From contig JASANG010000932.1 in assembly GCA_030248215.1 (NCBI GenBank), positions 62,001-126,000 of the forward strand: a stretch of DNA of 64,000 nt, written 5' to 3'. A program made the position numbers and the translations under genes. Under the pieces are notes generated by a model that was not told the DNA's origin, made no database searches, and saw only the letters and a list, made by a program, of their open reading frames with translations. Each line of letters opens with the position of its first letter. The stretch's first letter is position 1. Below, in pieces: positions 44,164-64,000 of the stretch. Source of the stretch: Enoplolaimus lenunculus (lineage: Eukaryota).

Positions 44164-44384
44164 AGCCCAGATACTCAAATGTGTGTAGCACATATCATCA
44201 GTTGGTCATAGATCCGGTAACTTTGGAACCAGCTGATCGTGAGGTTCGAAATCCAGCACATTGTCCGCGTTTGATTTGCCCTGCTTCTGTACCCATTTTG
44301 AGATCTGCATCTGCAGATGTTTGCCAGTTTGAAAACCTATCGCTAACTGGTGATAAGTGCTATACGCATTTGAGAATATGGGCC
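44164..44384. mobile_element. GGCCCATATTCTCAAATG-type MITE, copy 2
   Basis: Closely similar to 7656-7876; embedded in TTAGGC repeats. Confidence 0.75.
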
Positions 44385-44874
44385 CTAGGCTTAGGTTTAA
44401 ATTTAGGCAAAAGTGATTAAGTAGGCCACTTTAACATGGGCGTCTCCCAAGGGGGTGGGGGTGACCCCAGCCGGGGCCCCCCAACACGATTCAAAGCCAA
44501 CACTTTTGTATTAAAGGTTTAGCACTAAAATTGCCGTTCGGCTTCTGGCTCGCGAGTCGTTTTCCGCTGTTATATCTCGCGATGTCGCCTAAATTTCAAG
44601 ATCCGCCACAGGACCGAATTGTAACAGCGGGGTCTACGCATCCAAAACATTAAAACCGATCAGACGAAAATGTAAAATCTGTTTCAGATTAAAAAAATTT
44701 GTACAAAAAATCCCGTTCAAAATCAAATGTTTCGTTTGTTTTGAAAGCAAAATTTGTGAAAAAAACCAACAACTGGCTGCTATTAAGCTATGAACAAGAG
44801 ATCAGCATCTGCTGACGTCAATCGTTCGAATATGTTTTGGCGTTTGAGACAGAAATGTTACTGAAGCATCGTCG

Positions 44875-45088
44875 GGCTGGCTCATGTATAGAACAGGGCC
44901 GTATCGGTTTCTGGTGGCGCTGTATTAACAGAGTCAGTTTAAGCTTTAGACTAAATTTTTTGTTTAGGCTTAAGCTTTAGGTTTAGGCTTAAGCTTAGGA
45001 ATAGGCTCATCTTTACGGTTAGGCTTAGGCTTAGGCTTAGGAATATGCTTAATATACTACTGTTCCGGCAACGTTCTATACATGGGTC
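44875..45088 (+). mobile_element. Telomere-repeat MITE
   Basis: 8-bp TSD CATCGTCG at 44867-44874 and 45089-45096. Confidence 0.85.
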
Positions 45089-45534
45089 CATCGTCGGATG
45101 CAATGTGTAACTTTCAGGCACGTAGCCAGCTCGACTTGTTTCGAGGGGTTAAAAATCTTTCAGTTGGATCATACATGGGTTTTTGTTGACCTGCAAGCAA
45201 GGACGAAAACTTTCAACGGGGGCCATAATTGGTTCAGAGGTGGCTAAACCTTCCTGTAAGGTTGAAGATTTTTTAAGGGGCAAGAATTTATCCGGGGGGA
45301 GGCTGAACCACCCACTGCCGCCCCCCCTCTGTCTACGGGCCTGTATTGCATTCTTTGACCCCTAAACAACTGATGGAAGATTATTGATACTCAAAAACAG
45401 GTGATGTTTAGATTTATGTCTTTGAGAAAACCGTAGGTTGATTTGACATTTTTAGTAAGAAAGGTAGAAAAAATATTCAGCGGTAAACGAATGTTTAGAC
45501 GAACTTAAGTTGAAAATTAGACCAAATTTTAGTA

Positions 45535-45981
45535 CTGTAGTGACCCGATAAGACGAGGGGACTGATATTTATTTCGCCTCTTCAGAGGGTACCCCCCTTG
45601 TTATTCGGTTACGGACTGCGATTTATTTTTAACCCACACTCCGCCACCCTTCATTACTGATATATATCCCGTACTGCAACTAACCGTTGAATTAAACGTT
45701 TATTTGTCTGGCGTCAATAGCCTGAGCAATAATGCAAGGTTATACTTAGGAATGTACTTTCAAAATTTAAGTACGTCTTAAAGATTCGAACTCAATTTTA
45801 TTTGGTCCTGGAGTCATTTATGCACTACAATTAGGAATAACTGACGTTCATGGACTCTAATTAGGATTTAGGGATTCTATCCGCTTACGGATCCTTATTA
45901 GGGATACGGACTCCTTTTGATTGGGAATCAAACTGGGACCCCCTCTTATTACCCCACACCCTCTTGTTCGGGTCACTACAG
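45535..45981. mobile_element. TA-flanked Tc1/mariner-like MITE, full copy
   Basis: TA|CTGTAGTGACCCGATAAGA...TCTTGTTCGGGTCACTACAG|TA. Confidence 0.8.
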
Positions 45982-46073
45982 TACTTTGTGCACTTTTAGA
46001 CCCTGTAAAATCATTGAATCTGCAACTGTAGTGACTATCACGAGGGGGTCGCGAGGTGTACGCTCGGCCGTAA

Positions 46074-46278
46074 CGGTTGCGCTATACTCAAGGTCCGCCG
46101 CCGTCCGTAACCCGTCCATCACCGTCCGTAACCCGTCCGTCACCATCCGTCATCCCTACAGCGTCGCCCGTCACCGTATGTATTATATACGTTATCGTAC
46201 GTGAGTTTATTTGCGTTGCGTACGATACCGCGGTCTGTGACGGACAGCGCCGGACGTCAACTAAAGTATAGCGCAACC
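46074..46278. mobile_element. PIF/Harbinger-like MITE, copy 3
   Basis: TAA|CGGTTGCGCTATACT...AGTATAGCGCAACC|TAA. Confidence 0.75.
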
Positions 46279-47360
46279 TAAAAGTGTTTATAAAACAAAG
46301 AATGCCATTATAAAGTCATGGAATAACAAAGTTGCAACTGCGACCTGGTGAAGTAGTTGCATGCTTATTAACTCCAGTGCCCACATCCAGCAGACGGCAA
46401 ACACAGGGGAAGCTCCCAATGTTAGGACCCTTAAAGTGAAAGTTGGGGTCGTATAAAGGCCGTGCGTACCCCCCAATCAGATTCGGTCTAAAAGTAAACA
46501 ATCGTAAAGTGCCATTCTAGGAGCCGTCCAAAATTATTATCGACGCCCCGCCCCGCCCCCCCAAAATATAATTTTCTGCGAACGCCCCTCAGGCCATACG
46601 CTCAAATATCTTAAAACCTTTTGAAGAAATCCGACCATTTTTTGGACAAACGTTGGCTGGAAGAGTGGATAACGAAACAAGACCCCTCGTAATTTTAACG
46701 TATTCTCTCGACCATACCCCCTACGAACTAAAATTTTACACTGAAATTTAAATACAAAAATGCGTCTAAAACTATCTTTGACGTCCAGCCGTCCCTCAAT
46801 TATCATTTTAGTCGATCCCTAAACTTGGTGGTACTGACCGGATCTGCCATTGCAGGTGGTAAACTTGTAAGGTTCAACACTCAACCTTTTTTGACCATCA
46901 CTTCCAATAGATCATTGTCCCGACAGTCATATATGATAATTCGTCGAACTTGTATTCACAAATGTTATCGACTCGACAATTTGTCGACCATCATTATGTT
47001 TCAGCTGCAACCACAGGATTATGATTTGGCGTCTAGGCTATATAGGCATGAGATACTGTGGGGCGGCAAGGTGTTGCCGATTGTTTAACCGGCTTATAAA
47101 CAATATGAACACAATATCATGATGATAATTCGTCGCCCGACAACTTGTAAATTCGAGATACACTCGATTCTTCGTCGCCGGACGTTATGCTTAGGCGGGT
47201 CGCGGTTAGATTTTGGCTTACGCTTGCGATTATGCTTAGATTTTGTATTCAACGATTGTAGAACACAAATTGAACGACAAGGTGTCGGCCGACAAATTGT
47301 CGTAAATTCGACGAAAAGCCACTGTTTTTGAAATATCATATTGGCTTTAGATCGTAGATG

Positions 47361-47530
47361 GGCCCATGTATAGAACAGGGTCGGATCATTTTTCGGCAGG
47401 GCTGTAATAGAGTCAGTTTAAGCTTTAGACTATTTTTTGGTTAGGCTTAGGCTTATCCATAGGCTTAGGCTTAAGCTAAGCTTAGGAATATGCTTATACT
47501 ACTGTTCCGACCCTGTTCTATACATGGGCC
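47361..47530 (+). mobile_element. Telomere-repeat MITE
   Basis: GGCCCATGTATAGAACAGGGTCGGA...TCCGACCCTGTTCTATACATGGGCC, a perfect 25-bp TIR pair. Another copy at 47929-48103. Confidence 0.85.
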
Positions 47531-48579
47531 ACCTAATGTTACTCAATATATAGAACGTGGCAAAACGTGACCCAGCTGCACCATTTATAACGTGAACACC
47601 GCAGGAAGTAAACAAAAAATTGCCAAGTACACAATTGTTGAGTATAGTGAAATGATAAAATATACTGTAAACACATATACGTCCAAAAATTTTAATACTA
47701 CAAGCACTGATGCAGTAGTAGGAAGCAACAAAAGGGTATTGACATGAATGATAAACTACGATAATAAAACACAACAAACAAAACCTCACCCGGCGTCATA
47801 CGGACGGACAGAAAACAAGCGTAGCAGATCTATAAATTTGAGAGGGGACACATATATAATTGACATGCAATTTGAATAATTTGTCAAACAGGGGGCGCTT
47901 CCTATGCTAATTTTTTTATACAATTTTTGGCCCATAATCACCGGACGGAACATGTTTCTGTGCGACTGCAATAGAATAAGCTAAAGTTTTAGACTAATTT
48001 TTTGCGTCGGCTTAGTGTTAAGCTTAGGCTTAGACTTAAGCGTTAAGGTATATAATAGGTATATGCTTATACTACTGTTACGGCCCTGTTCTATACGTTG
48101 GTCAAATTTCTGAATCAATTTTGAGCAAATTTTTGTTTCAAAAATGGGAGGCGACTGCCGGTCTTGTGGCGTTCCCTGTCTGTTACGTCCCTGGACCGCA
48201 GACCCTGGAACTCAGCAAACAGCCAACGTAATTAAATAGAAATTTGTCGTTTCGAATTGCATAAATGACTCCAAGCACAAATAAAGTTTAGTTCGAAACT
48301 TTAAAGCATACTTATAGTTTTGAAAGTACATTTTTATGGATAACCTTGAATTTTACCTAGTTCAAGCTTTTGATACAAGACAAATAAACGTTTAATTCAA
48401 CGGATTGTTGCACAACAGTCTTCCCCTCTGATTCCGGTCACTACAGTAACAAGTTCCCGTTTACATTTTCAGGTCAATAGTTTCTTAACCTTTGGCTCGT
48501 GCTTAGGCTTAGGCATCGGCAAAGGTTTAGGTCGCCGTTTCCGGGAACCAAACCTAAAAGCCTGATCCTCAAGGGCGAT

Positions 48580-48925
48580 GGCTCATGTAAAAATCAGAGG
48601 CGAAATGTTTTTCTGTGGGACTAAGACAGGGTAAGCTTAAAGGCTTTAGACTAATTTTTTTGCTTGACTTAGGCTTAGGCTTAGGCTTAAGATGATGCTC
48701 AATTTTTACGCTTAGGTTTAGGTTTTGGCTTAGGCTTACTTATATATCAGTAACGAAGGGCGGCGGAGCGTGGGCTAAAAATAAATAATAGTCCGAACCG
48801 AATAACAAAAGGGGTACCCTCTGGAGAGGCCAAATAAATATCAGCCCCCCCTCTTATTCGGGTCACTATAGTAGGCTTACAAATATGCTTATAATACTGT
48901 TCCGCCCTGCTTCTTTACATTGGCC
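48580..48925 (+). mobile_element. Telomere-repeat MITE with nested fragment of the TA-flanked MITE (48740-48871)
   Basis: Perfect 8-bp TSD AGGGCGAT on both sides. Confidence 0.85.
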
Positions 48926-51900
48926 AGGGCGATGATAAAAGGCGCGGGTGATGGGGCGCATGCCTCCCCTTCGTCCGAACCAACGGAACTGTTTTTAACC
49001 TAATTTGTATGTTTCGACCATTTTTCTGAAAAAAATGTTTTAAAAATCTACTCTTCGTGTATATTAACTAAACACATTTGGTTTTTTGCAAAAAAATTAG
49101 CCATGCGCGCCCTTATAGGTTATTTTTATATCACCACCCCTGTTGCAGCTTAAGCCTACACAGCAAAACAATTGTGAGTCAAATTGAATCCCCCCGAAAA
49201 AGGCAAAGGGAAACAAACACTACACACCCCCGCACGGGCGGAGTCGAATTTGACTCATTTTGTGTAGTCCCATAGAGCCTATTTCAGAGAGAGTCAATTT
49301 GACTCACCATTTTTTGCAGTGTAAGCCAAAGCTCGGGGGATCAAATGTAACAGAATCTGCGTTGTTTTACCCGATATATTTTCTTTGCCACATCTCACAA
49401 TCGTTTCGTTGCTTTGTGAAACATAAAACATCGACTCTCGATGCGTTTTAGAAGATACCATCAGCATGACTGCTGTGAAATTTGTCATTTAATGCGTGTT
49501 TAAATCGGTCCCGTACTGAACGGGGAAGAAAGGCAGAGGGATCAGCCCCCCTGGAAAACTTTGGCATCCCTATAAAAAGTTCAACGTTGCTTGTAAGTCA
49601 ACGAAAACCCTTGTATGCCTCTCCTGAAACAGTTTTGGAAAAAATTATAAACATTGAAAAAATTGATACATGGAGCTGTGTGTTCATAGCCGTAAGGTGA
49701 TGACAACAGCCGCCCGCTTTCACGCAAACATTTTCGCGTCTGTGGCCGAAAATTTTTGGCGACGTCTCATGCATTCTCCTGGGTGTTTTCGGTTTTCCAC
49801 CGGGACAGAATTTGTTTAAACTGTCTCGATGATTTTGAACATTTTTTGCATATTTGAGCTTCTCATGACTTCGTTTTGTTTACTGCGTACCAAAATTAAA
49901 TATAGTATTGTCGCATGGCACAGCATATTAATTTGTAAACAATGATTGACACTTGCTACGCCGTCTGGCCGCTGCACAAAAGTTTTAGCACAACCCTTAT
50001 AGCTCACATTTTAAGCTATGGCTTACACAAAAAAATTATTTCTGAATTTGTTCAGAAAAGTATTTTCTCTGGCAAATCTGAAAAGTTTTTCTGATATTTA
50101 AAACAATTTTTCTAGAAATAACTGGAAAACGTTCATTTTCAGACTTTATTTCAAAACTTTTTTGAAAACTTTTCTGTTAAAAGAAATATTTTTCAAGTGC
50201 ACCTTGCTAATTTTATATTTGTTAAATGTAAGAAATTAAATATCAGAAATATTATTTTGAGTGTAGGAGTGGTAGCCTTTGGGCAAAACGTAAACAAATG
50301 CTCAGGCCTTTATAGGCATATATGGTAAACCTTTTGCTAAATCTAAAAACCTTAGCGTAAATGTGGTATAAGTTTTCACCTTTACTTATATTTGTGACAG
50401 TGATTTAATTCTCGATGTCTGAAGTTTGTTAAGGTCAAAAATGATATTTTGCCTATTGTTCACAAATGAATTGTTAAAATTAACGAAGTAATTCTAATAA
50501 AACGCCACACTGTAAATTTCCGTGAGTTGATTTTAACTCAGAATGAGCTGAATCACTCAGTCTGAGTTAGTACTATCACAACTCAGAGTTTTGAGTTTAT
50601 TTAATTCATTTCTGAGTTAATCAACTCACTTATAGTCAACTAAAATAAGAATGAGTATCGAATCAATCGAGAGTCAGTTCTACTGATTTTATAATTCAGA
50701 AATAGTTAACTCGCTAGCTGAATTGATTAATCAACTCATTGGAATTTGCAGTGTTTATTTTAATTTCGCCCGGAACTGCCTTTTTACATTCGATCCCGGT
50801 TTCGTGTCTCATTCACACTACAGGAAATGGACTCTGTGAAGTGTATCATTTCAGAAAATCTACCTAATACGGAAATTTTATTTTCTAAAATTGTATGTTT
50901 GCCAAATCCTTGTAAAAAACATAAATTATCGAATCCGGTATATACACGAAGCTTTACCAGGCACTATAAGTATAGTCATATCTGTGAAACAACACACAAC
51001 ACGTATAGGTACAGAGCCAAAAAATATTTTATACCGGATGAATGAGCGGAAAAGCAATAAAATAGTATATATTTCATATAGTATGCTTCAAAGCTATTAA
51101 ATCTAATAAAACACACAAATTGTAAAAGCACGTTTGTTCGCAAGGTTTTGCAGGTAAAATACGTTTACCAAACAGTTTTATGAAGCATAAAACAACTATA
51201 AAATCCCATTCCTTCAAGGACTTACTTACGGCTCCTTTCCTAAACATCCTACCGGTGTGGGGTCCCGGTCTGAAATGGGCTTGAGTACAGCAAATGCGCC
51301 TGGTTTCTCGTTCGCTTCGTGCGAGGGCTCTCGTATTTTAAATGAAATAAGAAAAGATGTATTTTTGCACTGAATCGCATGTGTGGATCTAAAAAGCAGC
51401 TCCGGCTATAAAGGATTCCGCACAGAATCCAAGCATAGTTTTATTATATGGTATAATGCGTCTTTCACAATAACGTGCGTATACGCTGGGTGGAATTTTG
51501 AAACGTCAATTGACGGTTGCGGTCTACTCACGTGTACGTCATCGAAAAGCTCAGCACAATTTTTGTACTAAAACTAAACCTCGATACAAAGTCTAGGTTT
51601 TGATCTGTGCTTGGTTTGCAAAGAGCTCACGATCTATACGCCAGCCAGAAACCTAACACAATTTTGGTTCTATAAGCCGTATCGCAAGGGCTAAGGATAC
51701 ACCGGAATTGTACTTATAAAACCTAGCCTAGCAAAATATAGTCTCCTTGAAAAGCTTCACTCTTCTCTCAGCTGTACAAGGGGCCAGTCATTTCAAACTA
51801 GCAGTTTTGCTCTAGATAGTCCATTAGAGTGTGTTGCAGAGACATAACTTAAAGACAACCTCTGACATCGAGCTCTTCATGAATAAAGAAACTGTTTGAG

Positions 51901-52479
51901 ACTGTTACAGACGGATTTAATACTGAAACAATGCATAAAACGGTTCTGGACTTATTACAGTCAAGACAGAGACTTACAGGTCGATTTCTTTCATAAATAA
52001 GCCCGGTGGGGTGAGATGTCCTGTTTGTAGTTTACCGCTATTAGTGGAAAATAGAACAGACTTCAGCAACTATTTATTTACTTGAGAAAGTTTAATAAAA
52101 TTCGTGCAGAAAATAGGTGGATTTTAAAGCAAAATTTGCAAAACTTAAGCAAAATCTTTACTTCTATTTGGAATTTGAATAAAGCCTCGTTTCTGCTATT
52201 CATCCAATATATTTTACGTACTGTAAAAGTCAACGTGCAACTGGAAGGAAATATGCCAGTGTCAAAGCCAGAGGTTAGCGAAATTTGGCGGAGCAAGAGC
52301 AAGGCATAAAAATATTGTTTTTAAGTGATGTTGATGTCGAGTTATAATTGTGGATCTTTTAAGCTTCCTATCACTTAGCTAGTCGTAAGTCGACCATTAT
52401 TAATGGATGGTTGATTGTTACGCACAATGGCTGATTGTTCAGAAACTAAGCTTAATTGTGATTTGGAGTGCTAAATTTT

Positions 52480-52647
52480 ACCCTGGATTTTTAAGGAAGA
52501 TGATACGTGTGATAAGTTGGGCAGGCTAGGGTACGACGGTTTTTAGTTCTGAGTTAGCAGCTGAAATTGAGACACGTTCCCAAGAGGTTTCGAACTCTGT
52601 CAACAAATTATCAGTCCAGCGCGCTAGCCACTGAGCGACGGTGCCCC
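52480..52647 (-). mobile_element. tRNA-derived SINE-like element
   Basis: Minus strand reads GGGGCACCGTCGCTCAGTGGCTAGCGCG...GAGTTCGAAACC...TTTCAGCTGCT. A and B boxes are present but the stems do not close. Confidence 0.5.
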
Positions 52648-53955
52648 ACAATCAACTGCTAGTTTTTCTGTTTTTAAGCCTTACAAGAACCTTAATATAC
52701 ACATGCATCATGGTTCAATTTTTTTATTTCTTGTCTCTATGCATCGGCATGTCACAATACGGATCTCGTTCCAGATGAAATTTAGTATTCTATCGGAATT
52801 TTCCGGCATTTTAGCGGTCGCGAGCCGAAATAAATCGGAGCAGTATGCGACCTCTTTTTGTCCCAATAATTCCTCAAAACAGGCATACCTAACTTGTTTT
52901 TGCTAAAATTTTCCACGTGACCGTTTCAACGTTTATAACATATGTAGTACTCTATGCTTTATAGGACAGTTTCCTGTTACTGCATGTCCCCAAATGTTTC
53001 CATTGCACTTTTCCCCGAAAACTGGTAGAGCATCCCAGTGACCTTATCACTTAAGCTATATTATGCTTAAATTTAACACAGACTAACCTAGCGTAAATGG
53101 AGAATCACAGGCTTTTGCATAACCAAAGGTTTTGGGCCTAACGTTTTATTCTGCCTTAGGTTTATATCAAAATTGGAGAATGTGATTATTGCGAAAAGTA
53201 TGATATTTTCATGCTCAGCTCGACTTGGGGTTTTAAAAAAATACCTGAATAATGACCGTATCTCGACAAAAAATCTGTTCGAATTTTCCCTCAAAGATAT
53301 TCTTATAAATAACTCGCTTATTATAGAATTTCTTTGATTTTTCACCTTGGTATTTCTCGCGCTATGAAAATTCAAAGAAGTTGAAAAACTTTTCTCGGAA
53401 TGTACTTAGTTAAGTTGTATATATTTTAGTAACTTTCAGGCTGCGCTGAGCGCGAATAAAGTGCATTTTATTCACTGAGTTCACTCACTGTTTTAACTGT
53501 TGTAGATACCGGTATCCTAGTGCATGCCTCTGTTATAGAGGTTGATATTGTAATTTTTTTGCTTAATACGTATGTCTGCCATGTAGTTCCTTAACGAAAA
53601 TTTGTATTTTGTGAGTCATGGAATGAACGGTGTTACAATTCGCAATTTTGCTGCAAACGCTTATATTGACTTCTGCGGTTTATACGCATACTATCAGCTG
53701 CAGTACGAAGTAACCGTGTAGTTACTTAATACGAACGAACAATATTGGCATTTAGTTTTTTCGATAGCCAGTATTTTGTCGTCATTCGCATCTTTGTGTT
53801 TAATTGTTGCCGCAGTCGCGTCTAAAGCTGCAGCTGCTGTTGAACAACTCGCGGTCAACGTTTCGATTTTATTAACGTTTCGCAACGGATTTGCAGCGAC
53901 GGTGTGGGAACTGTGGGAGGCGGTCGCGGGGACCCAATCGCCCCTGTACTGTATC

Positions 53956-60547
<6,592 letters not shown>

Positions 60548-62674
60548 CGATTCAAAGGTTAGATAATATGTACATCCGTTTAGATGTCGTCAACAGGTGT
60601 TCGCGTAGCGTTGCAAAATTTAACCATTGTAACTAGTGATGTACCGATAATCGGTACTGATAATAATTTCCTGAGTATCAGTATCGGCGCTATACGTAAA
60701 AATTGTCGTTTCTTTGCCGATGCTTTTTGCACTTAGCAGTTTAGCAGTGAGTTACAGAGATGGAAATCTCGGTGCTTTGGAGCCGAGATAAGAATGTTGA
60801 AGATTTAGCAAATGTAGATAAACCTGTGAAAAGTAGAGGTTTTTATTGTCGAAGTAAGTGTTGCCTGATGAATTAAATTTTGCTATAAACCTAGTAATTT
60901 TCTCAGTTACGCAATAGTTTTGAGCAGTTGTTCTGAAAAAATACAAAAAAACTATGAAAACACAAAAATTATGAGAAAAACATTAGATAGATCTTGTTTT
61001 GAAAATTTTAGTATTTTCGGTGAATACCAAAATTGACCAAGACCAACACTTTTCATGGCCCATCGCTCTCGGTTGTCAGGTCTTAGTCTCAGTCTCGGTT
61101 TTTAATCGAGACCGCCCATCCCTGATGAGTTGGAATGCTTTCTATTTCACTTACTGGCGTAAAGCCGTTTACCCAATCATGAAACGTTGAAACCTTCTGC
61201 CTTTGTCTTTGAAAAAACGATTGAAATATATAGTTATCCGATTATGGTTGATAGGGTCAGAGTCACCGCGTTTATTATTTTGTGACGTAATAATACTAAT
61301 GGTTCATTCTAACTAGCGTGTAGCAAATATATATTTGTATCGCTAAATTTCAAACTAAAATCAGTGTCTGTATCGGCATCGGCAAAAAGTTTAGTATCGA
61401 CACATTTCTTACTTTGTGATAGCGCCTGCATACTTTCGTGTATAATAATATAGTTGAATGAGAAGTAAGAGATTGTTGTATATGTTAAGTTTAATGGTGT
61501 TTTAGCCTCGCCCAAACTGCTATTACAATAAGTAGAATACCAAGTTCGCTAAGGCCAATTAGTAATTGGAGGTTGCGTTTAACTGTGATTTTTGCAAAAA
61601 CTCAGAATAAATTCAACTTAAAATGTGATAGCTGGAGCAAATGGTGTGGTAGGTATTTAAAGTTTGTTTTGTTTCAGTTTGCTTTTCGCTACCGTCGACA
61701 ATCGAAACAACTGAAAAATACAATGCTGTGCTAATTCATTGGGCCAAATGGGTTCCATTTTTTGATGCCTGACAAGCTTAGAAACCATTATTCATGCATT
61801 GTCTATTACATTGTGATCATTGATGTTGATTGCATTATTAAGATAATATGTTTATGTTATTGCAAAATGCAACAACTATAATAGTTGTGCATACCTATCA
61901 GCGCGCTACAGGATACTCGGTTTGTTTCGGCTTCGGCAAAAAATAGCCATCTAGATTTGGCTCCGATATTATACTACAACTCCTAATATATATTGCTGAA
62001 ATTTATACTACGGCTGTATATAAACTAATTATAAAGAAATTAATATATTTCACAGTTGTTTTTGTTCAAAACGTCAGAAATAAGTACTTATATATCAGAG
62101 AAACAGTGTGCGGAGATTTCTATGAGCCATTCTATAGGTCAAAGGCGAACGCCGATATTTCAATCGAGCGAAATTTCAAAGGAACATCGTGATTGTAGTG
62201 AGTTGTTTTTGATGATCGAATAGGAATTGGCATCATTTTTGACTTTTAAATTCAGGTAAAATCTTGGAAGGGTACGTTTAATTTTTCAGAGTTTTTAAGA
62301 GTTTAGGACGAAATTATGAAGAAATGCGACAAGGTACGTTAAGTTAATATAAAGTTTTATTACCAAAGGCTTTTTGCGTTAAAGACATTTCAGTAAAAAA
62401 AATTTCGGTTCCTGTTCCGGTTCCCGTTTATCATGTCCGGTTCCCGTTTATCAAATCCCGTTCCGGTTTGCGAGTAGGTTCCGTGTCGAATCTTGTTGCA
62501 CACAATGTTGTAAATAGAATTTTGTATGCTTTCTTTATATCCCATTGTTTGCGTGTTGATCTTTGTTGTTTAATTTTAAATCTGTACTATGTTTTGCGTT
62601 TTGATTTAGTGGATCTGATGCGCAGTACTAATATATAGGTGGATGGGTAGATTTACCCGGTTGTATATTTCAAC

Positions 62675-63062
62675 CAGGGTGCAACCAGAATTCCGGTTCC
62701 AGCATTTTTTGGCCTTCCTGTTCCGGTTCCGGAAATTTTTTTACCGGAATTCAAAATATGGGCATTAAATTTTGGTCGGTGGAAATTAAGATATTTTAGT
62801 AAAAATGACAATAAAAATTAAATATATTTCATTTGTATAGTATATAAACCTTGACACTCGCCGAAATAATCCATCGAAGGTAGGTAGATTGCGCTTCTGT
62901 GGATTATGAAAATCTAAAATACAACAGATAAATTGAATACGTATCTCGACCTATGGTTATTTCACCGATAATATTGCAAACAGAACATTAAAATGATTTT
63001 TTTTCGGTTGCATATAATTTTATTTTCCGGTTCCGGTAAATTGTAATTCCGGTTTCACCCTG
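62675..63062. mobile_element. hAT-like MITE (CAGGGTGCAACC..CCGGTTCC family)
   Basis: CAGGGTGCAACCAGAATT...AATTCCGGTTTCACCCTG; flanks ATTTCAAC/ATTGCAAC. Related ends at about 5544, 8533, 20395-20462, 38385 and 43075-43161. Confidence 0.7.
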
Positions 63063-64000
63063 ATTGCAACTTACTGGGCTGTGCCCATAGACACGTTTCT
63101 ACAGCTGCACTTTTTTATTACTGCTACACAGCTGAAATGTGGGTGTAAACTGTTCAGTTCATTTTCTGTTGTTTTAATTTGATGTTTTTGAAGCGTTGTG
63201 AATTAGAACGTCTTAGGTTTGATTTCGGCTCAACGGCGATTAAACTTATAGGCCAATCAGATTTGATTGTTTGGTTTGACGAAACATCGACAACCAAACA
63301 GAGTTTGTTTTACATCATTGTTGGTCTTGCTGCATCACGCAATAGCTGTTTGGCCTAGACTAAATTACGATTTGCTCAGTGTGGAAGATTGGCCTAGACC
63401 AAGTAGTAATTGGTTCAGTAGTTGGCCTACGACATATATTTTCCGCCTCGTCATGCTTATCAGTATATTTCGCAATTGAAAATGTGTTATAACGTATCGT
63501 GGTTAATGTGTCAGACATGTGGCGTTACGACATAATGCCCGGGTTTCTAAAATTTACTTAAGTACTTTAAGTCACTGACATAAGTAACGACTAACTTTTT
63601 TGACACAAACGAAATATCAAGTATGGACAGCAGTGCCATAAGAAAGGAACCGAAGATTTGGTTGATACTAAGCAGGCACCATGAGTCTACAATCTCAGTT
63701 AGTTCACAGATCCTGTGTCGCAACTGATACTGTGTAGCTCGTTAATATTCGAGAGTAGTAACTCTTAAGTGTTTACTTAAATTAACTACACTTTCAGAAC
63801 TGAATAAATTGGTCAACATTGGGGGAAACGCGTGTATAACGGTCGAAAAGATTTCGGATGCTGGCGCATACGCGATTCTGATTTCAGGTTGGTCCGGTCG
63901 TATTTTGATCTGCCTGCCACGTTGTGCCAGTTGGGCAAACATTCTGTACTCATAAACGCGAAAAAAACATAGCGAGCGATGGTCAAACAAGACACATGTC

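Noticed and set aside
53776..53955. Signal-peptide-like in-frame extension upstream of the AMMECR1 ATG
   Set aside because: Starts at TTG; the conserved N-terminus MSAGCCGVKKQK begins at ATG 53956.
63742..64000. Possible terminal exon of a minus-strand gene at the window edge
   Set aside because: Two competing short frames, no recognisable motif, truncated by the window.

Overview
Eukaryotic, AT-rich, intron-containing genomic DNA, most likely from a nematode (inferred from TTAGGC telomere-type hexamers, TTTTCAG-type acceptors and an ACC-type chloride channel). Four spliced genes were rebuilt by hand with phase-consistent GT-AG exons: an ovo/lin-48 C2H2 zinc-finger factor (+, 3704-9337), an ACC-family Cys-loop anion channel (+, 22521-28382), an lfe-2-like inositol-1,4,5-trisphosphate 3-kinase (-, 43906-32380) and an AMMECR1 homologue with an unusual ~1200-aa low-complexity tail (+, 53956-60547). 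Introns and intergenic DNA are packed with small non-autonomous transposons of many kinds. The most striking is a family of about 24 MITEs with ~27-bp GGCC-starting terminal inverted repeats and 8-bp target-site duplications. Their interior is an expandable cassette of telomeric TTAGGC repeats, and in two copies it has grown into 0.6-1.1 kb minisatellites. All assignments come from reading the sequence; no database searches were run.
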